A stretch of 64,000 bases of DNA, taken from NCBI RefSeq assembly GCF_009834535.1, contig NC_045697.1, positions 36,210,001-36,274,000 on the forward strand, read 5' to 3'. Below, piece by piece: positions 39,181-53,517 of the stretch (position 1 is its first letter; each line of letters begins with the position of its first letter). This stretch comes from Camelus ferus. Lineage: Eukaryota. The position numbers and the translations under genes are program-made. The notes beneath the pieces are model-generated. The model saw only the letters and a program-made list of their open reading frames with translations. It made no database searches and was not told where the DNA came from.

Positions 39181-41939
39181 CAAAAGAATAAAACGGCCTC
39201 CAGAGTGAAAAGGTGATATGGAAAAATGACATTCTCTTGCTCTGAAAAGTCCATTGCAGAGGGTGTGTCCCTTTGGTCCAGACACAGAGGACATCATGGG
39301 TGTAGCACATTACTTGGTAACCATTTCTAGCTCCTCCCTACCCTGGAGAATAATGACCCAGATTTTTTTCAGCCTGATCATGGTCATTTTTGCTATTCTA
39401 TGGTATAAACAAAATACTGATTATTTTTCACTGCCAAATTGTAAAACAAGAGCCATGTCCTTAAAAAAGCCAATCAAAAAGCCAACATATCTATGTTCTC
39501 AGAACTTTTTCCCAGATTTTTCATATGTTGAATCTGAATTTTACATAAATATAAGGCATAAATTGGCTCGAGAGAAAATTGCAAAGATAAAAACAATAAG
39601 GAATTAATTAGAGGTTTAATATTTTGATTGTTATTTGTACATAACCTACCAAGAAGTTCCAACAAATAAACCCTTGCAGTTTTGTTCTATTCTAAACTCT
39701 GTGTATAGTGGCCCTGATATAAAACAGCTTCAACACTTGCAGCCTAATATCTGGAAGGGTTGTTGCTCTGAAATGCTATAATCACTCTCAAGTCAAAAGC
39801 CATTAAACACCCATTTCTAAAATAAAAGGCTGTACTCATCTCAGATGACGTCATTTTGTCTGGCCTTCTGCATTCTCAAGGAGAACTATTTGAAATCATT
39901 AAGAATACAGCGTGCAAACTCCCAAGGTGACCAGTTTTCTGACTTCTCTCAGACGTGTGAGATTAGGAGGCAGAAATAGAGAAGAGGGATGATAAACGAG
40001 AGATTAACGTTTAAAAATAACAACAAAGATACAATCACAGAAAAAAAATGATGCCTTGATATCTGTTGCAGGAAAAAATTTTAAAGCATTCTGCTTTTTT
40101 AAAGATGAAAACATGTGCTTCACTTCTCACACATCAGAGATGCCCCCAATAATGTCAGCTCTAACTCAAGTGTTCTTGCTTACTCTGTTTACATGGTGCA
40201 TTGTTCCTGCACTTTGACAGAAAGGGCGTGCCTTTCCAGTGAGGAAGTATTCAATCACATTTTAACTATGAAGAAACCTTTTTTGGCCAAAGACTGAATT
40301 CTTTGCAAGGTGGTGACCCGTACAGAAAGTAAACCCCCAAATCCTATATCATTGTATGAAAATAACAGGTTGATCGGATTTAACTGTTTTTCTTAACTGC
40401 CACAACAAAAATAAGGAAATAAAGAGTCCAATTATTTTAGAGTATAGTTTGGACAAAAACACAGCATCTAAAATTAAAACCCTAAAGCATTTTACACGTT
40501 GGAAATATACATTGTTAATGAACATACACCCCATCAGTTTCCTGTTCCAGATGGCTCTCTGTCAGGCTGGCAACAACTCAAGAGCCTGACGAAGAGGTGC
40601 AGGCATATGTCCTGTGTTTAATAAGAGAAGAAAGAAAAAAAAAAAAAAAAGCAGAAAAGGGGCCTTCATTTTCTAAACACTTCAGTGAAAATTACCATTC
40701 CGTTTGGGACCAATTCTGTCCAGGTGCTAAGGACAGAATAAACAGACAATACACGAAGGCAGAAAAAGTCAGGCTTCTGTGGGAATTGCATCCTTGGTTA
40801 CATTTGAAACTAAATTTCAAAGTACAAATGACTATCATCATGGTTGTACACATATGTTCTCCTTCTGGTTCTTAAAATACTAATCTTCTACTCTCACGTA
40901 ATGAAGTAAGTCAGAGCCTCGAGCCTATTGTGTCTCTTTAATTTCCTTCTGCAGAAATTCTAGGCTCAATTACTTCTACCTAAGTGGTGTCCCTCCTACC
41001 TGACGTCCTAATAATCCTCTCTTTTTGGCTAAGAGTATTCTCTTTTATATTCTGATTAAGAGTAATTTGACTTTTGAAGGATAATGTCTCCTAGAACTTG
41101 GGATGTGGAATCAACACCAACATTCTCAACAACTACCTTTCCAATATTAGTTTCAAAAACCATCTGTTGACATTATACCTGTGCCTTCCTTATTCTAGAC
41201 ACTGACTTAACAGATAAACTGCAAAACACACTTAAAATCTCACCCGATATCTTCACTTGGGAAGCATATATGCCAACTGAATGTCTACTTACCAATAGAT
41301 CATCAAATACACAACAAAATATTAACAGTAGTTTTCTGGGTAGTGGGTTTATAGGTAATTTTAAATTTGATTCTGTGTTGATTAAAGAGCAAAAGATCTT
41401 CCAAGTATTCTACAATGAACAAGTACATCTCTGTAATCAAGAAAAAAAGACAATTACAAGTATTTTAAGGAACATATAAACATGAACGGAGCTTTAAAAT
41501 TCATCCAAATGACATCACTGCCCTTCTAATGCTTATATTCAAAGAATTACATATAATTACACAGCCATCCAATGACAGGACAATTACTGCTACTAGAGTG
41601 TCGAGGGGCAATCACATGGTGAAAGCAGCTTTAGACCTTAGCCCACAGTTGTTCTGATGCTGTTTTCTAAAACATTAGTGAAAATTCCAGACAGTTAATT
41701 TGGGGTATACAAATACCTACTCTTGAAGCAATTACTCTGGTGCCAATGATATCTTCATTCATTTACAGGCAAAATACCATGCTCAAGGGGAAGAGATAAG
41801 ATGTATTTTTTAATAAAGAAACAAAACTGGCTTATTAGTGAATGTTCTCATGGTGGACCTATCTAGCTTTTGCATGTCAGTGCCCCTTCCGTTGTGGAAT
41901 CACTCTATTCTAAATGGCAATGATAGACTGTCAATCACA

Positions 41940-42340
41940 GCCCACTGCCCATTCTCCAAGTCCTTGTCCCCGTATCCCTCCTGCCCATTCCCCGAGGTAG
42001 TAATGGCCACAAGACTCAGCTTGGCTGAAGAGAACCCCATTTCCCCTGGAAACAGTGACTAGAAGTCAGTCAGTTTCATTTCCTAGGATTGATCTACAAC
42101 CCTCGGAAGAAAAAAAGCTCTCTTTTTCCCCTGGGTTGGTATTCTGGAATGATGTAAGCCAGGAATGGCTGGGAGGGATGAGAGGTCACACAGAGGCAGT
42201 TGTGATAGAAAAGAATGAGGTCAGTACTTAGAAGAAAGAAAATCTTAGAAGGTGTAGAGAGTCCTGATCACACTGTTGGAGCCCCTGCCCCCAAACTCCT
42301 GAACACAGATAGCTCTGTCTCCATACTTTCCACACGAGCA
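41940..42340 (+). mobile_element. ERVL LTR16-like fragment
   Basis: ccccatttcccctggaaacagtgact...aagctctctttttcccctgg...gatgtaagccagga...gagagtcctgatcacactgttggagccc. Confidence 0.55.
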
Positions 42341-45300
42341 AATATGAAAGGCAAATACCAACTAGGAAGACATGTTAGCAAAATATATGACTAGGTATTA
42401 ATAACCTTAATAATACAAGTGTTCTAATTTAAAATCATTAAGAACAAAATTAATAACTCAGTAGGAAAAGACCATGACAATTCACAAAAGACAGAATGGC
42501 AAATATGTTTTTCATCAAAACTCAGTAAAATGAAATTTACATGTGGCTTCTACATTGTTCTCTACATTTCCAAATTTTCTACAAAGAGGAAGTATGACTG
42601 TAATAGTGGAGGAAAAACCTTTTTAAAGCTATAAAATGTAAAATTAAATTTAAGAATATTAACCTGGTATCAGCAGGCAGGATGAATGGGTGGGCAGGTG
42701 TGGAGCCAGGGACTTTAGGGAGAAGGCCGTGGGCCTCTGTGTGCCTGGAGAACAGGGAGCATTTTTGGAGAGATGTAAACAGCATCTCAAAGGAAATAGA
42801 GATGGGCTGCCAGGAGCAGCCGACTGCTCTAGGGGATGAGGTTGAGTCAATGACTCCATCGTGTCCCTCCTGAGATGACAGTGATATCCTGGAAAAGACA
42901 GCATGGTATTGAGGAGGAGCTGATTCAGAGGTCGGGAAAGGAATACACTGATTCAGACAAAAATAAAAAAGCAAAAGAAGCCAGAACCATAGAATGGTAG
43001 TGAAAGAAGAAACCTTAGATTCACCTAATAAGACTCTCATTTTATGATGAGGATCCTGAATCTGAAGCAAGCTAAGTGACTTACTTTCAGGTTACACACC
43101 TATTGGCATATTTAGGAGTAAAAATTTAACCACATTACTCAGTCACTCCTATTTGATACATAGCTCTGTGTTTAAGAAACCTACCCTGTGTTCCATGCAT
43201 TCCATTTCTTCCCTTTCATGAGAAACTGATAAATCAAGTGTGCAGTTAATAAGAGTCAGCAATTTTTAATCTCTTTGTCACATACACAGTTATTACTATT
43301 GGCATCATGTGCAGACATAAAAATTAGTGACACAGGCAGTCTGTCTCGTGCAGTTGTACATATATAAATATCACTGCAAGAAGATCTGTTTCAGTGCCTT
43401 AGTTAAGAATGATCGTTTTTATGATCTGGCATGGAAAAATGAAGTATTTGAGAAATAATCTGTAGTGATCCATTAATATCTTTGCAAAATTACTTAACTG
43501 GTTAGCTACCTTAATAGGTAGCTCTCAATATTTTTCTATGCAGCTAGTGATATATTTTAAATATGAACTAAACATTTTAAACTTTGCTTGATATAGCCAT
43601 TTTGTAATATGTGCTGTGGTTAACTACTTTAATATGTTGGACAGTAAAACTAAATGTAACAGTTCCAACATTTCTCATGGGAGTGATTTAGGGCAGACAT
43701 ATGTTCTTCATCAGAGTTTCCAGCAGAAATCTTAGAAATCAAGAGAAAAAATAGACCCTATTATACCAAACAGTGTTGCAAACCATAACGGAAAACAAGT
43801 CTTTAAAGCTGTTGTTTTGTTTTGTTTTGGCAGCCCTGAAACAAGAAACCTGAAACACTAGAAATGAAGGTATATTCCTTAATGAAAAGTCTAATTCTGG
43901 AACACCACAATAACTGAGAATCCATAAATTAGAACCAAGAGATGCGGCAGAATCCTTTCTGAAGTGAGTTTTTCTGTTCCTCCTGAAGTCCTCTTTCAGC
44001 TGAGTGAGTGGGTTCTGCTGTCATGGTCCTGGACTCTTGTCATTTACTGTAGTGAGCTAGAGTTTTCATACAAGTCTGGGGAACATGAAGGCTGGCAATG
44101 AACTTTCAGGATCACTCTCCTGGTTACCACAGCAACATCCTTGTCATTGTTGATGCTCAAGGTTCAAGGAACAAATTTTCAAGGGAAAGATTTCTGAAAT
44201 CCTGAAAACTGGTTTCCAGTTGAAATAGTGCCCTTTGGAGCAGAAATCTGCAGAAATGCCTACTCTGAAAGTTGACGAATTACTGAAGGAAAGCTGTGAG
44301 GTGAGGAAAGAAGGCACAGCAGTAGAGTGAAGGAAGTATATGAGGAGAAACTCTCATTAGTTCCTCATCTTTTACAACTCTCTGTTGGTTAGTACTTCAT
44401 ATTTTACAAAGAAGACTGACTTTCTACAAGGCTGGGAAAAGTACTTGACCAACGATGAAAAATGCTTTGTTTGAAAGACAAACCTCTACTAACATAATAA
44501 AATGTCTATGTCTTGTGCTGATGGAGATGAAAGTTTTCATAATAAAGTGGCAGCCATGAATAGCAATAATAATTTTTATATGGCCTACGTTTACCTGAAC
44601 TTTTTGAAAAGAGGAAAGCTGTCATAAACAAATCATTGCAAATAGATTTTTATTCTTGGTTGTAGAATGTGGCTTTGTTTTTCTAAGGATAAGGGTGTAT
44701 ATATGCCTTCCATTGGAAAGCAGACCTAAAAGCACCATAAGATGCTTTCCACAAATCCACTGAAAACAAATTCTCAACTCCTTCCTCATTCAGAGTCCTC
44801 TGTTTAGATGTCCAGTAGAGAATGCAAGTGGATGCCAGTTGAGAGCTCACTATTCTTACCTTCAGTGTCCTTAAGAACAGTACTTTCCAAACTGGACCTG
44901 CCTTTCCTCATTTGTTGTACATGGTTTAACTTAAACAGGACAATAGACAAAGTGAGAAGGAATAGAAAAGAAAAAACTTAGGGAAAAGATCCCTTAAAAT
45001 TAAAACTTTAAAAAAGTTGAAGATGATTTTAAAAATCATGGTCTATCATGAAGATAATTTATACATTTTATACCAATTAATGTGAAGTTCTGATTATTCC
45101 AGTTAGAGTAACAGGAATCCTGCCATTATTTTATGCCAAAGTCTTAGGAATTACATAGCAAAGGAAGCATGACTATAGATGTAGCTAGAAAAATACTATC
45201 TTCATGAGATTTGAGAACTTAGGCACCACCCCTCCCACAAAACTGACTTTTCACATTGTAATATTTTAAAGCCCTAAAATGTCTTAGTAACATCCCTACT

Positions 45301-45737
45301 GACACTTAAGTCCCAATGTCAGTTCCCTGTGCTGGGAAGCTCTTCTCATGCAGGTAAGAGAGACTTCCCAGCTGACTTTATTTTCCTGAGATGTCATCCT
45401 AATATTAGTCGCCTCCTAGCACTTTCTGCCCAATAGTCAGAGTTCTGTGAGAAGTCTACTTCCACTTAGATGGTAGCTTTACAGAGTCTGTTTGGAAGGA
45501 AAACCTACGCTACTTCATTGGTAAACTTATGCCAGATTAAATGTAAACAAATCTGATTTTTTTCTTTTTGGTTAAAAGAAGAATGAAAAAGGAAGTCACT
45601 AGGTCCTTTCCTTTGCTTTCTACTAGAACTTAGTGTATCATTTCATCTGCCTGAAGATCTTTCTGACTTCTAGTAAGTTCCAGAGTTAGAGATTCAAAAG
45701 TTTTTCTCTGTAATCAATACCCGAGGCAGTATCTAGT

Positions 45738-46105
45738 ATAAAGACTGCAACCCTGTAAGCCCACAGGCTGAATTTGGCCCTTCAATAAGGTCTCTTTCAC
45801 TCATGCAGTATTTTAGAAAATAAGCCAATTTTTTAAAACTTGGTTAATTTCAAATTAAAAAAAAATCCCTCAGACTCCTGTTTTCTTGAGAGACTAGCAA
45901 TATTACACTTATGCTCTCCTGGAAACAATCACAGGCTCTCCAGTTTGACACAGTCCCCACTACTCCCTATTGCCCCTTTTATTAAGACTGAATATCCTTT
46001 GCTAATTATCATTGCGTTTTCATTGTTGTTTTTTTCAAAACCTAACCTATTTTAGTTATTATAATACTTGCTGGTCCCTGTAAGCACTGGAGTGTGAGTC
46101 TCCAA
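45738..46105 (-). mobile_element. hAT-Charlie fossil (Charlie4-like)
   Basis: Ends gcccacaggctgaatttggccc... and ...ggtccctgtaagcactggagtgtgagtctcc; internal cacagtccccactactccctattg. Confidence 0.55.
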
Positions 46106-46389
46106 TTGCAACTCATGATTTCAAAAAGTTTTAAAGTATGAGGACATCATATAATAATGCTTTTGGTATCTGTTAACTGAAAAATACAAAGGATAAAAAT
46201 TCTATAATTTCAGCAATATCTCTAAATAAATTTGTATTTTATAAATTACAATAACACCTACAAATATTTGTATATTTATATGTGAAGAGTAATACTTGGT
46301 TTCTGGATGATGCATAAAGCATCACACAGAGAAGTGAACCTTTTGTTCCAACTCCTATATTGTCCTAGGGATCCATGAGCTAAAGGTTG

Positions 46390-46482
46390 GGGATCACTAA
46401 TCTAGTAAAGAGAATTCTGGACGGGAATCAGGAGATGGGATCACTAATCTAGTAAAGAGAATTCTGGACGGGAATCAGGAGA
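46390..46482 (+). repeat. Perfect 46-nt tandem duplication (two copies, 1-nt spacer)
   Basis: gggatcactaatctagtaaagagaattctggacgggaatcaggaga at 46390-46435 and 46437-46482. Confidence 0.95.
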
Positions 46483-47329
46483 CAGAGTTTCCAGTCCCAT
46501 CCTTGCACTGAATAGACTATTGATTGGTAATCTGAGGCAAATTGGTCAATCTTTGGGGGACCTTGATTTTCTCATGTCTCATTTCTCAGAATGGATAATC
46601 ATTGAGAACTTTTCCATCCATAAAACATAATAATATATGCCATATGAAATCTTATAACTATTATAAAAACCCAGGCAACTATGGGACCTCTCAAAAATGT
46701 ACCTGGGTTTCACCTAAGGACAAAAGGTTTATTAGAGAGGGACTTGCTATGGAAAAAGTAGAAAAACGCTGAAAACTATAACTCTTCTATTTTCAATGTT
46801 AAATACAATTTCATATTCTCTGTCCCAAACCATGTCCAAAAAACTAGCAGTATATTTTGAATAAATTGTCTCAAAGAGAACTTAGCATTATAGATATATT
46901 TCATTTGAGCTCAGATATTTGGGGTATATTTTTTAGACGTGTAAATTCATGGCTCAAACTTATATATTCTTTTCAGATCAAAGAAGATATTGTATATGAA
47001 AGTACTTTGAACACTATAGTATTAATCAGGATTATCTGATATTATAATGCTGTTATTACCTGATATTTCCCCAATTCTTGTCTATATAGGATTCTACTTG
47101 GCCAGACCAAGTACATACGGTAACTTGAAATTTTTTGTTCATAGACGTCATTTAATACTGAGTCATCATAGCATTCAAATTCACACATTTTTGGATGTGT
47201 CATTATATTGATATAATATTCTGTTATTCTGCAGTGTTTTCTGTATTCCTCTTGTCCCTAAAATAACTGTAAGCACTTTAAAGAGAGATATTGCCTGCTG
47301 ATGATAATGGCGATGGTAATAATAAAGTA

Positions 47330-47600
47330 ACAGTAATGATAAAATAATGATGGTGACATAAATAACATATGCTGACAACACATTATATGCCATGATCTGT
47401 GCCAAGCAGTTTGATAAACTATTTTATCTCATGAGTTTGGTACTATTGCTATGTCCATTTTATTCATGAGGAAACTGAGAATCAGTGAAGTTAAATGACT
47501 TACTCAAGATCCCACAACTACTATGATCCAGAGTCAGAACTAGAACCCAGATCCACCTGACTCCAGATCCTCTGCTCAGAGCCTTTACACTCAACTACCG
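47330..47600 (-). mobile_element. MIR SINE
   Basis: ccattttattcatgaggaaactgagaatcagtgaagttaaatgacttactcaagatcccacaact...gaactagaacccagatccacctgactccaga. Confidence 0.8.
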
Positions 47601-47949
47601 CTGCCCCCAGGGTTTCAATCCTTAGAGAGCTTAGGATAACGCCAGGTGCATAGGCATGTTGAATAAATACTGACAAATTTAAAATACTTGCGATATAAAT
47701 CAAATGATGCTATCACACAATAGCGTGTTATTTCAGTATATATTGTACAAGAATATCAATACTGTAACTGTAAAGCTAAAGCACCCTGGGCAGCACTCCA
47801 CCTCACAGTATATTATCTTGCCCCAGAACTTCCCCTGTCAGGGAAGCCTATAATGATAACTGCAGCAAACTCAAGTTTCTTACCTAATGCTCATTCTCAC
47901 CTTCTCTCTTCTAACAGAACCCCGACTTTGTTCATAACGAATACATGCC

Positions 47950-48342
47950 CAGGTAAAAATACTCATTAGATTCTCTGGTAGCCAGAGGTGATCATGAAAC
48001 CCAGTTCTACAGAAAGCTATTGTTTTCCTGATATAAGAAAGGGCAGACTCCACTAGTATTTCTCTTTTACTTTCATTCGTCCTCTTCCTTGTCCTGAGGC
48101 AGGGACACAATACATCAAAGAGAAATATCTACCCCATGGCTATGATGTTGCAACTACACTGAAAGGAGGGAAGGGAAGGAAGGGAGGGAGGGAGGGAGAG
48201 AGAGAGAGGGAGGAAAGAAGCCAGAAGGATCATGAGTCCTGTCTCTGAACTTCCTGCTGAGAAAAAAAAAGTTATTTTTATTTATTATGTAAGTTAACCT
48301 GGTAAATTTTCCATTACATATATCCAGGTACAATCTTAATGC
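47950..48342 (+). mobile_element. ERVL LTR33-like fragment with an internal (GGAG/GA) repeat
   Basis: ctctggtagccagaggtgatcatgaaacccagttct...ctctgaacttcctgctgagaaaaa...ttttccattacatatatccagg. Confidence 0.45.
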
Positions 48343-50646
48343 AGTAATACTGTAACTGGTAATCCCAAATTATCAACAGAAGTAAAATGAGAATCTAATA
48401 AATATAAATTAGTTTCCATAGTATCATCATGCCTCTATCTTTAATGATAGAATTTTTAGATATTTTTAATCATTTACCCCCTGGCTTTATACTAAACCTA
48501 ACAAAACAGATCTAATCCCTACTGACTTGTTCTTTAAAGACAATATAAAAATTCAGGGAAACAAAGGAATGAATAATATAAAAATCATTCACCCAAAAGA
48601 AATTTTTCCAAAATAGTTTTGGGTGTCAAAAATCATACTCAAGTTGTATTTTTCTTTATTTCCTGATTCCAGAGCCTTCTGGCCGACATGCCTTAGAGCA
48701 CTGATTTGCCTTAATAGATTACAGGTGTGCCAAGCTGCCGCTTCCCCTCAGTTCACAGGTCGCCTGGGTAGCACCTAGAGTGGTCGGACCCCCACCCCCT
48801 CCCCGTTGCCTCTGACCACACCAGTCCCATCCACTTACCTCAGTAGACTATGCAAACATTTCTATTGTCTGCGTGCATCACAATAGGAAAAAGGTTGGGA
48901 AGCAATGCCCTATGTGACAATAAGATGCTATCAAAATAATAACAGCCATGGGAAAAAAAATGACCTATTATAAATGGATCGAAAATTAGCTCACACACAT
49001 CATTTTATTCTCAGCAAAATCATGAGAGGTCAGTGTGACACTTATGTTTATTATCAAGGTTCGAAGATGGTGATTCACCCACTAACACACCCTGCTAGGA
49101 AATGACAGGCTTTTGAATCAAGGATTTCTGCATCTCAGCCTATGCTTTTTCTGATACACCTCCCTGTATGATGACAGTCCAAGTTTGCACAGATCTTTAA
49201 AACCAGTGTTTTGATTTCACTCTCTGAAGAAAGTTCAAATGGTTTTCCTTTGTTTTCTCTTGTGACTGCCATGCAAATACTCACACATACGGAAATCGAT
49301 ACTCTCTTTGAACTTAGCAAGACCGAGAAAGCACAACACTGACAGACACATTCAGGCCAGAATGATTTTCTTTTTACAGCTCCCATCCCTGACACCCTCC
49401 CTGAGAGCCAACCCTTGCTATTTTGTGTGAGTAGAAAAGAAAGTTTTTGCCCACCACTCTCCTCAAAAGTATCTATTAAAAAGAAAATAGTATGCTGCCG
49501 CTGACGGTGCTTAATTTTTGTTTTGTTTTGCCAATCACACTTTCTCACTGCCCTTTCCAAAAAAGGGAAGAAGGGGGAGAAATGAAAGAAATTGCCAAAA
49601 GTAAATTATATATTTAACAAATAAAGGGAAATGTGACTTTTAAATACAGGGCAATTATTGTCAAGAAATATTATTGAAATACAAAGAATTTAAGTTTGAT
49701 ACTCCTGTTTCAGAAAGCTAGACAACCAGGAGATTTCAAAGACTAGAAATAATATTTTAATGTCTTTATAGCAATGGAGAAACAAAGAGGATACAGGTAC
49801 GAAAATAGGAAGGTACGAGGAAACATCTGTCAGTAGCTATTAGAGACAGATTAAAAAGTACGAGTACTATCTACAATATTAACCAAATGTTAAGTCACGG
49901 TTCAGAAAATAAGCACATGATGGAATGGTTGAGAACATGTATGTCATAAAACAGTAAGTGTAAGCAAGTGCAAGTTACAGAATATAATAAATGTCACGGC
50001 TATGGGAGTGAGCTTGTGGCAGGTTTTAAGCATGGACTCCAGATTCGGAACAACCTGGGTTCCCACCCTGGTTCTATCACTTGTAGCTGGGTGATAATAA
50101 CATGATTACATTTTTAGCACAGGAAAAGTGTTGCTTTCTTGATTCTGTCAACAGTTAAGATTAGTAAAATTACAGAATTACATACAAAGTAGAATTCTTA
50201 TATTGGTTAATTGCTTGTTGTCAATAATACTTTTTAACTAAATCTCATCAACCACAAAATGTGCACAAGACATAAAATAATTTCTGCCACCCAGTAACAA
50301 GTAAGCCAAGGCTATAAACTGGAATAATGTAAGAGCAATACTGTTTGCGGGTTCATTGTAAAAGCCAAATTAAATTAACCTAATTCCACGATAGGCTAAG
50401 CACATTTAGAAGTCAGTTCAATTCTTCCAGTACACACTGGGGTATCCCAGCCCACTCTACAGGACTGAATCACCGCTGCCTCACTATCCTATCACTTCTG
50501 AGCCTGAGATGTAGAGTAAACATTCTCTTCAGCAGCTAACTGTAAACATAAACCCTACTTCTCAGGACATGTGATTTTCAACACACTTACTAAGGGGCAT
50601 GTCTACTGTGGCCAAGTAAAAGTCTGTCTTTAGAAATCAAATCCTT

Positions 50647-51427
<781 letters not shown>

Positions 51428-53267
51428 TTCAAGTCCTTGGTGTCCTAGAGGTTGATCAATGCAGGTGTGTTCCACTGGCAAGTTCACCTGTGTCAGGCTT
51501 AAGTAGCACATCTTATCCACCCTGTTTAAACTGTACATCCAAAGTTAATCTAGGTAGGAATGTATACATAGTATTATAAAGTAAGATGTCTCCTAATTTT
51601 AAGAATATATTAAACTTTCCACAAAGTCTTATTGTTTTCACCTTCAGCTGCTAACCTTACAAACTTTCCTAATATAAACACGAATATACAGAAGTGCTTA
51701 AAAATGTGAAATCACATTTAAAAGCAAGAAAATGCAATATCCTGAGCCATCATAAATAGAGAAACTAATAAGGAATGAAATGCTGGGTCAATAAACACGC
51801 TGAGCAAATATCGAATGAACACTGACTGCATGGCTTCAATTCCCAAAATAATACAGTCAGACACTAACGCTGCAGAGGAGCTAGCCAAACAACCCCTGCT
51901 AAAACACACTGTCTTTGTTGTCTGCCTCTGGAATCATGCATGTTGAGAATAACTTCCAGTTACGTCCTCCTAGCGTTCAAATTGACTTTCAGTCAAATCA
52001 CTGTTCGAAGCACTGCAGAAACCGTATGAAGCCTTTCTAAGTCAATATTCATTTAAAGTCAAACACACACATGTGATCACATACGGTGCTGTACCTTAAT
52101 GAACTCGAAACAACTCCCACAAGTCTTCTTGAGTAGATTTTAAGCTGGCAAATAGGTTCTATGCTGAGCAAGGAAATGTTTCATTTCTCTGAAAACTTCA
52201 CTCAGTTTCCATCTTGTCAGGGTTTCATTTTTCACAACCAGACGCAGGAAAGGGCAGCAGTGGGCACAAAGGAAAATGTGCACACACAGGACGCTCGGGT
52301 TGACGGCGACACAGCCTGCTTCTGAGAAAGCTGGACGCCCCCCCCCAACCCCCCAGAGAGGCACAACAGGGGACAAGAAGAAGCATCAGAAGACATATAA
52401 TTGGCCTGAGTTGAGCCTTCCCCAATGGAGAGGTCTACACACATCTACACCCACACATTCATGAATGCATGGAAACTTGGTATGTTTTGAAAGTATTTAA
52501 GTTTTACATGTAAGTTTTAATGACTTCTCACTCTCCAACAGACCCAGCTTCAATCCATACTATGGGAAATAAGCTTGACACAAAATATAAATACTACTGA
52601 ATTTGATACGGAATAACACAAATGGGTATCTCCGTAAGTTATATCACAGTTCTTATTAGAGGTGAAAATGGTTAGGTTCTATGATATTTAATGGTATATT
52701 TCCCCCAAATCAGCACAGCCTACTTTACTGGGATGTTTAGGTATTATTTTGGATACTACCAATTAATTCAGATTCAAAATGAAATATGAGAAGTCAAAAT
52801 ATGAAACTATTCTTGAAAATGGCAATTTTCAGTTCCACAACATTGTAACATCTTAGGGAAAGAGTTTTTTTTTTTTTTTTTTAATTTAAGTTTGAAATGA
52901 CAATTTCAAGGAGAATGTGTCAACAGAAATCCTTTGAATAAGATGCATTACATTTTATTTTTCCTTAAGATATTACACCCTGTGAGTATTGTGCTATTTT
53001 TTAACAAGGCCTTGGCTCTAAGAACATGAACTCTGACAAACAACTAGAGAGAAGTGGCAAGGTCTTTCAACTACCACAACTGGAAAAAAAAAAAAAACTG
53101 CAATAAAAACCTCTAATCCTAAAGGCTGGCTAGCATTCATCAGGCCTCATGAAATTCTAAACAACTCCAAATAAGATGGTTACATCCTCTTCCCAAAGTG
53201 CCTTCATTGTTAAACCTGTTTTCTGTATCAGTGATGTTTGCATTCTCCATTTTTGTTAAACACTCAC

Positions 53268-53517
53268 CTGTGATCTTTTGCAGCAAAGGTGACAATTCAG
53301 ACTCTTCACAAAAGACCTGAGCCAATGCTTTCTTCACTTTTTCTTCTGCTTCACTCAGGTCTTTGTCCACTGAGAGCTCTCCACTGACAGAATAAATATA
53401 TATCAGGAGGACCAGTAGCTCTTCAGGGCTATAGTCATCATTGGTCCTCTGGTTTGAAGGCTTAATCATGGGCAGCAACTGATTTAACACAACAGACATC
53501 GTTGACTCCCCAATGCT
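53268..53517 (-). CDS. SCFD2: Internal coding exon (250 nt, phase 0 in / phase 1 out) of Sec1 family domain-containing protein 2, probably exon 5
   Basis: Minus strand reads cctattccccgcttctgtttcag|AGC ATT GGG GAG TCA ACG ATG... ACA G|gtgagtg. Translation SIGESTMSVVLNQLLPMIKPSNQRTNDDYSPEELLVLLIYIYSVSGELSVDKDLSEAEEKVKKALAQVFCEESELSPLLQKIT closely matches mammalian SCFD2 as I recall it. Both splice sites are canonical. Confidence 0.93.

Noticed and set aside
45338..45360. Recursive-splice-like motif tcttctcatgcag|gtaaga
   Set aside because: It lies on the + strand, opposite to SCFD2 transcription. I found no convincing minus-strand recursive site.
46390..46482. CRISPR-like direct repeats
   Set aside because: Only two adjacent copies, no spacers, no cas genes, mammalian context.
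53140..53499. 119-aa ORF as a stand-alone gene
   Set aside because: It is the SCFD2 exon read from an internal ATG and through the splice donor; the real boundaries are 53517-53268.
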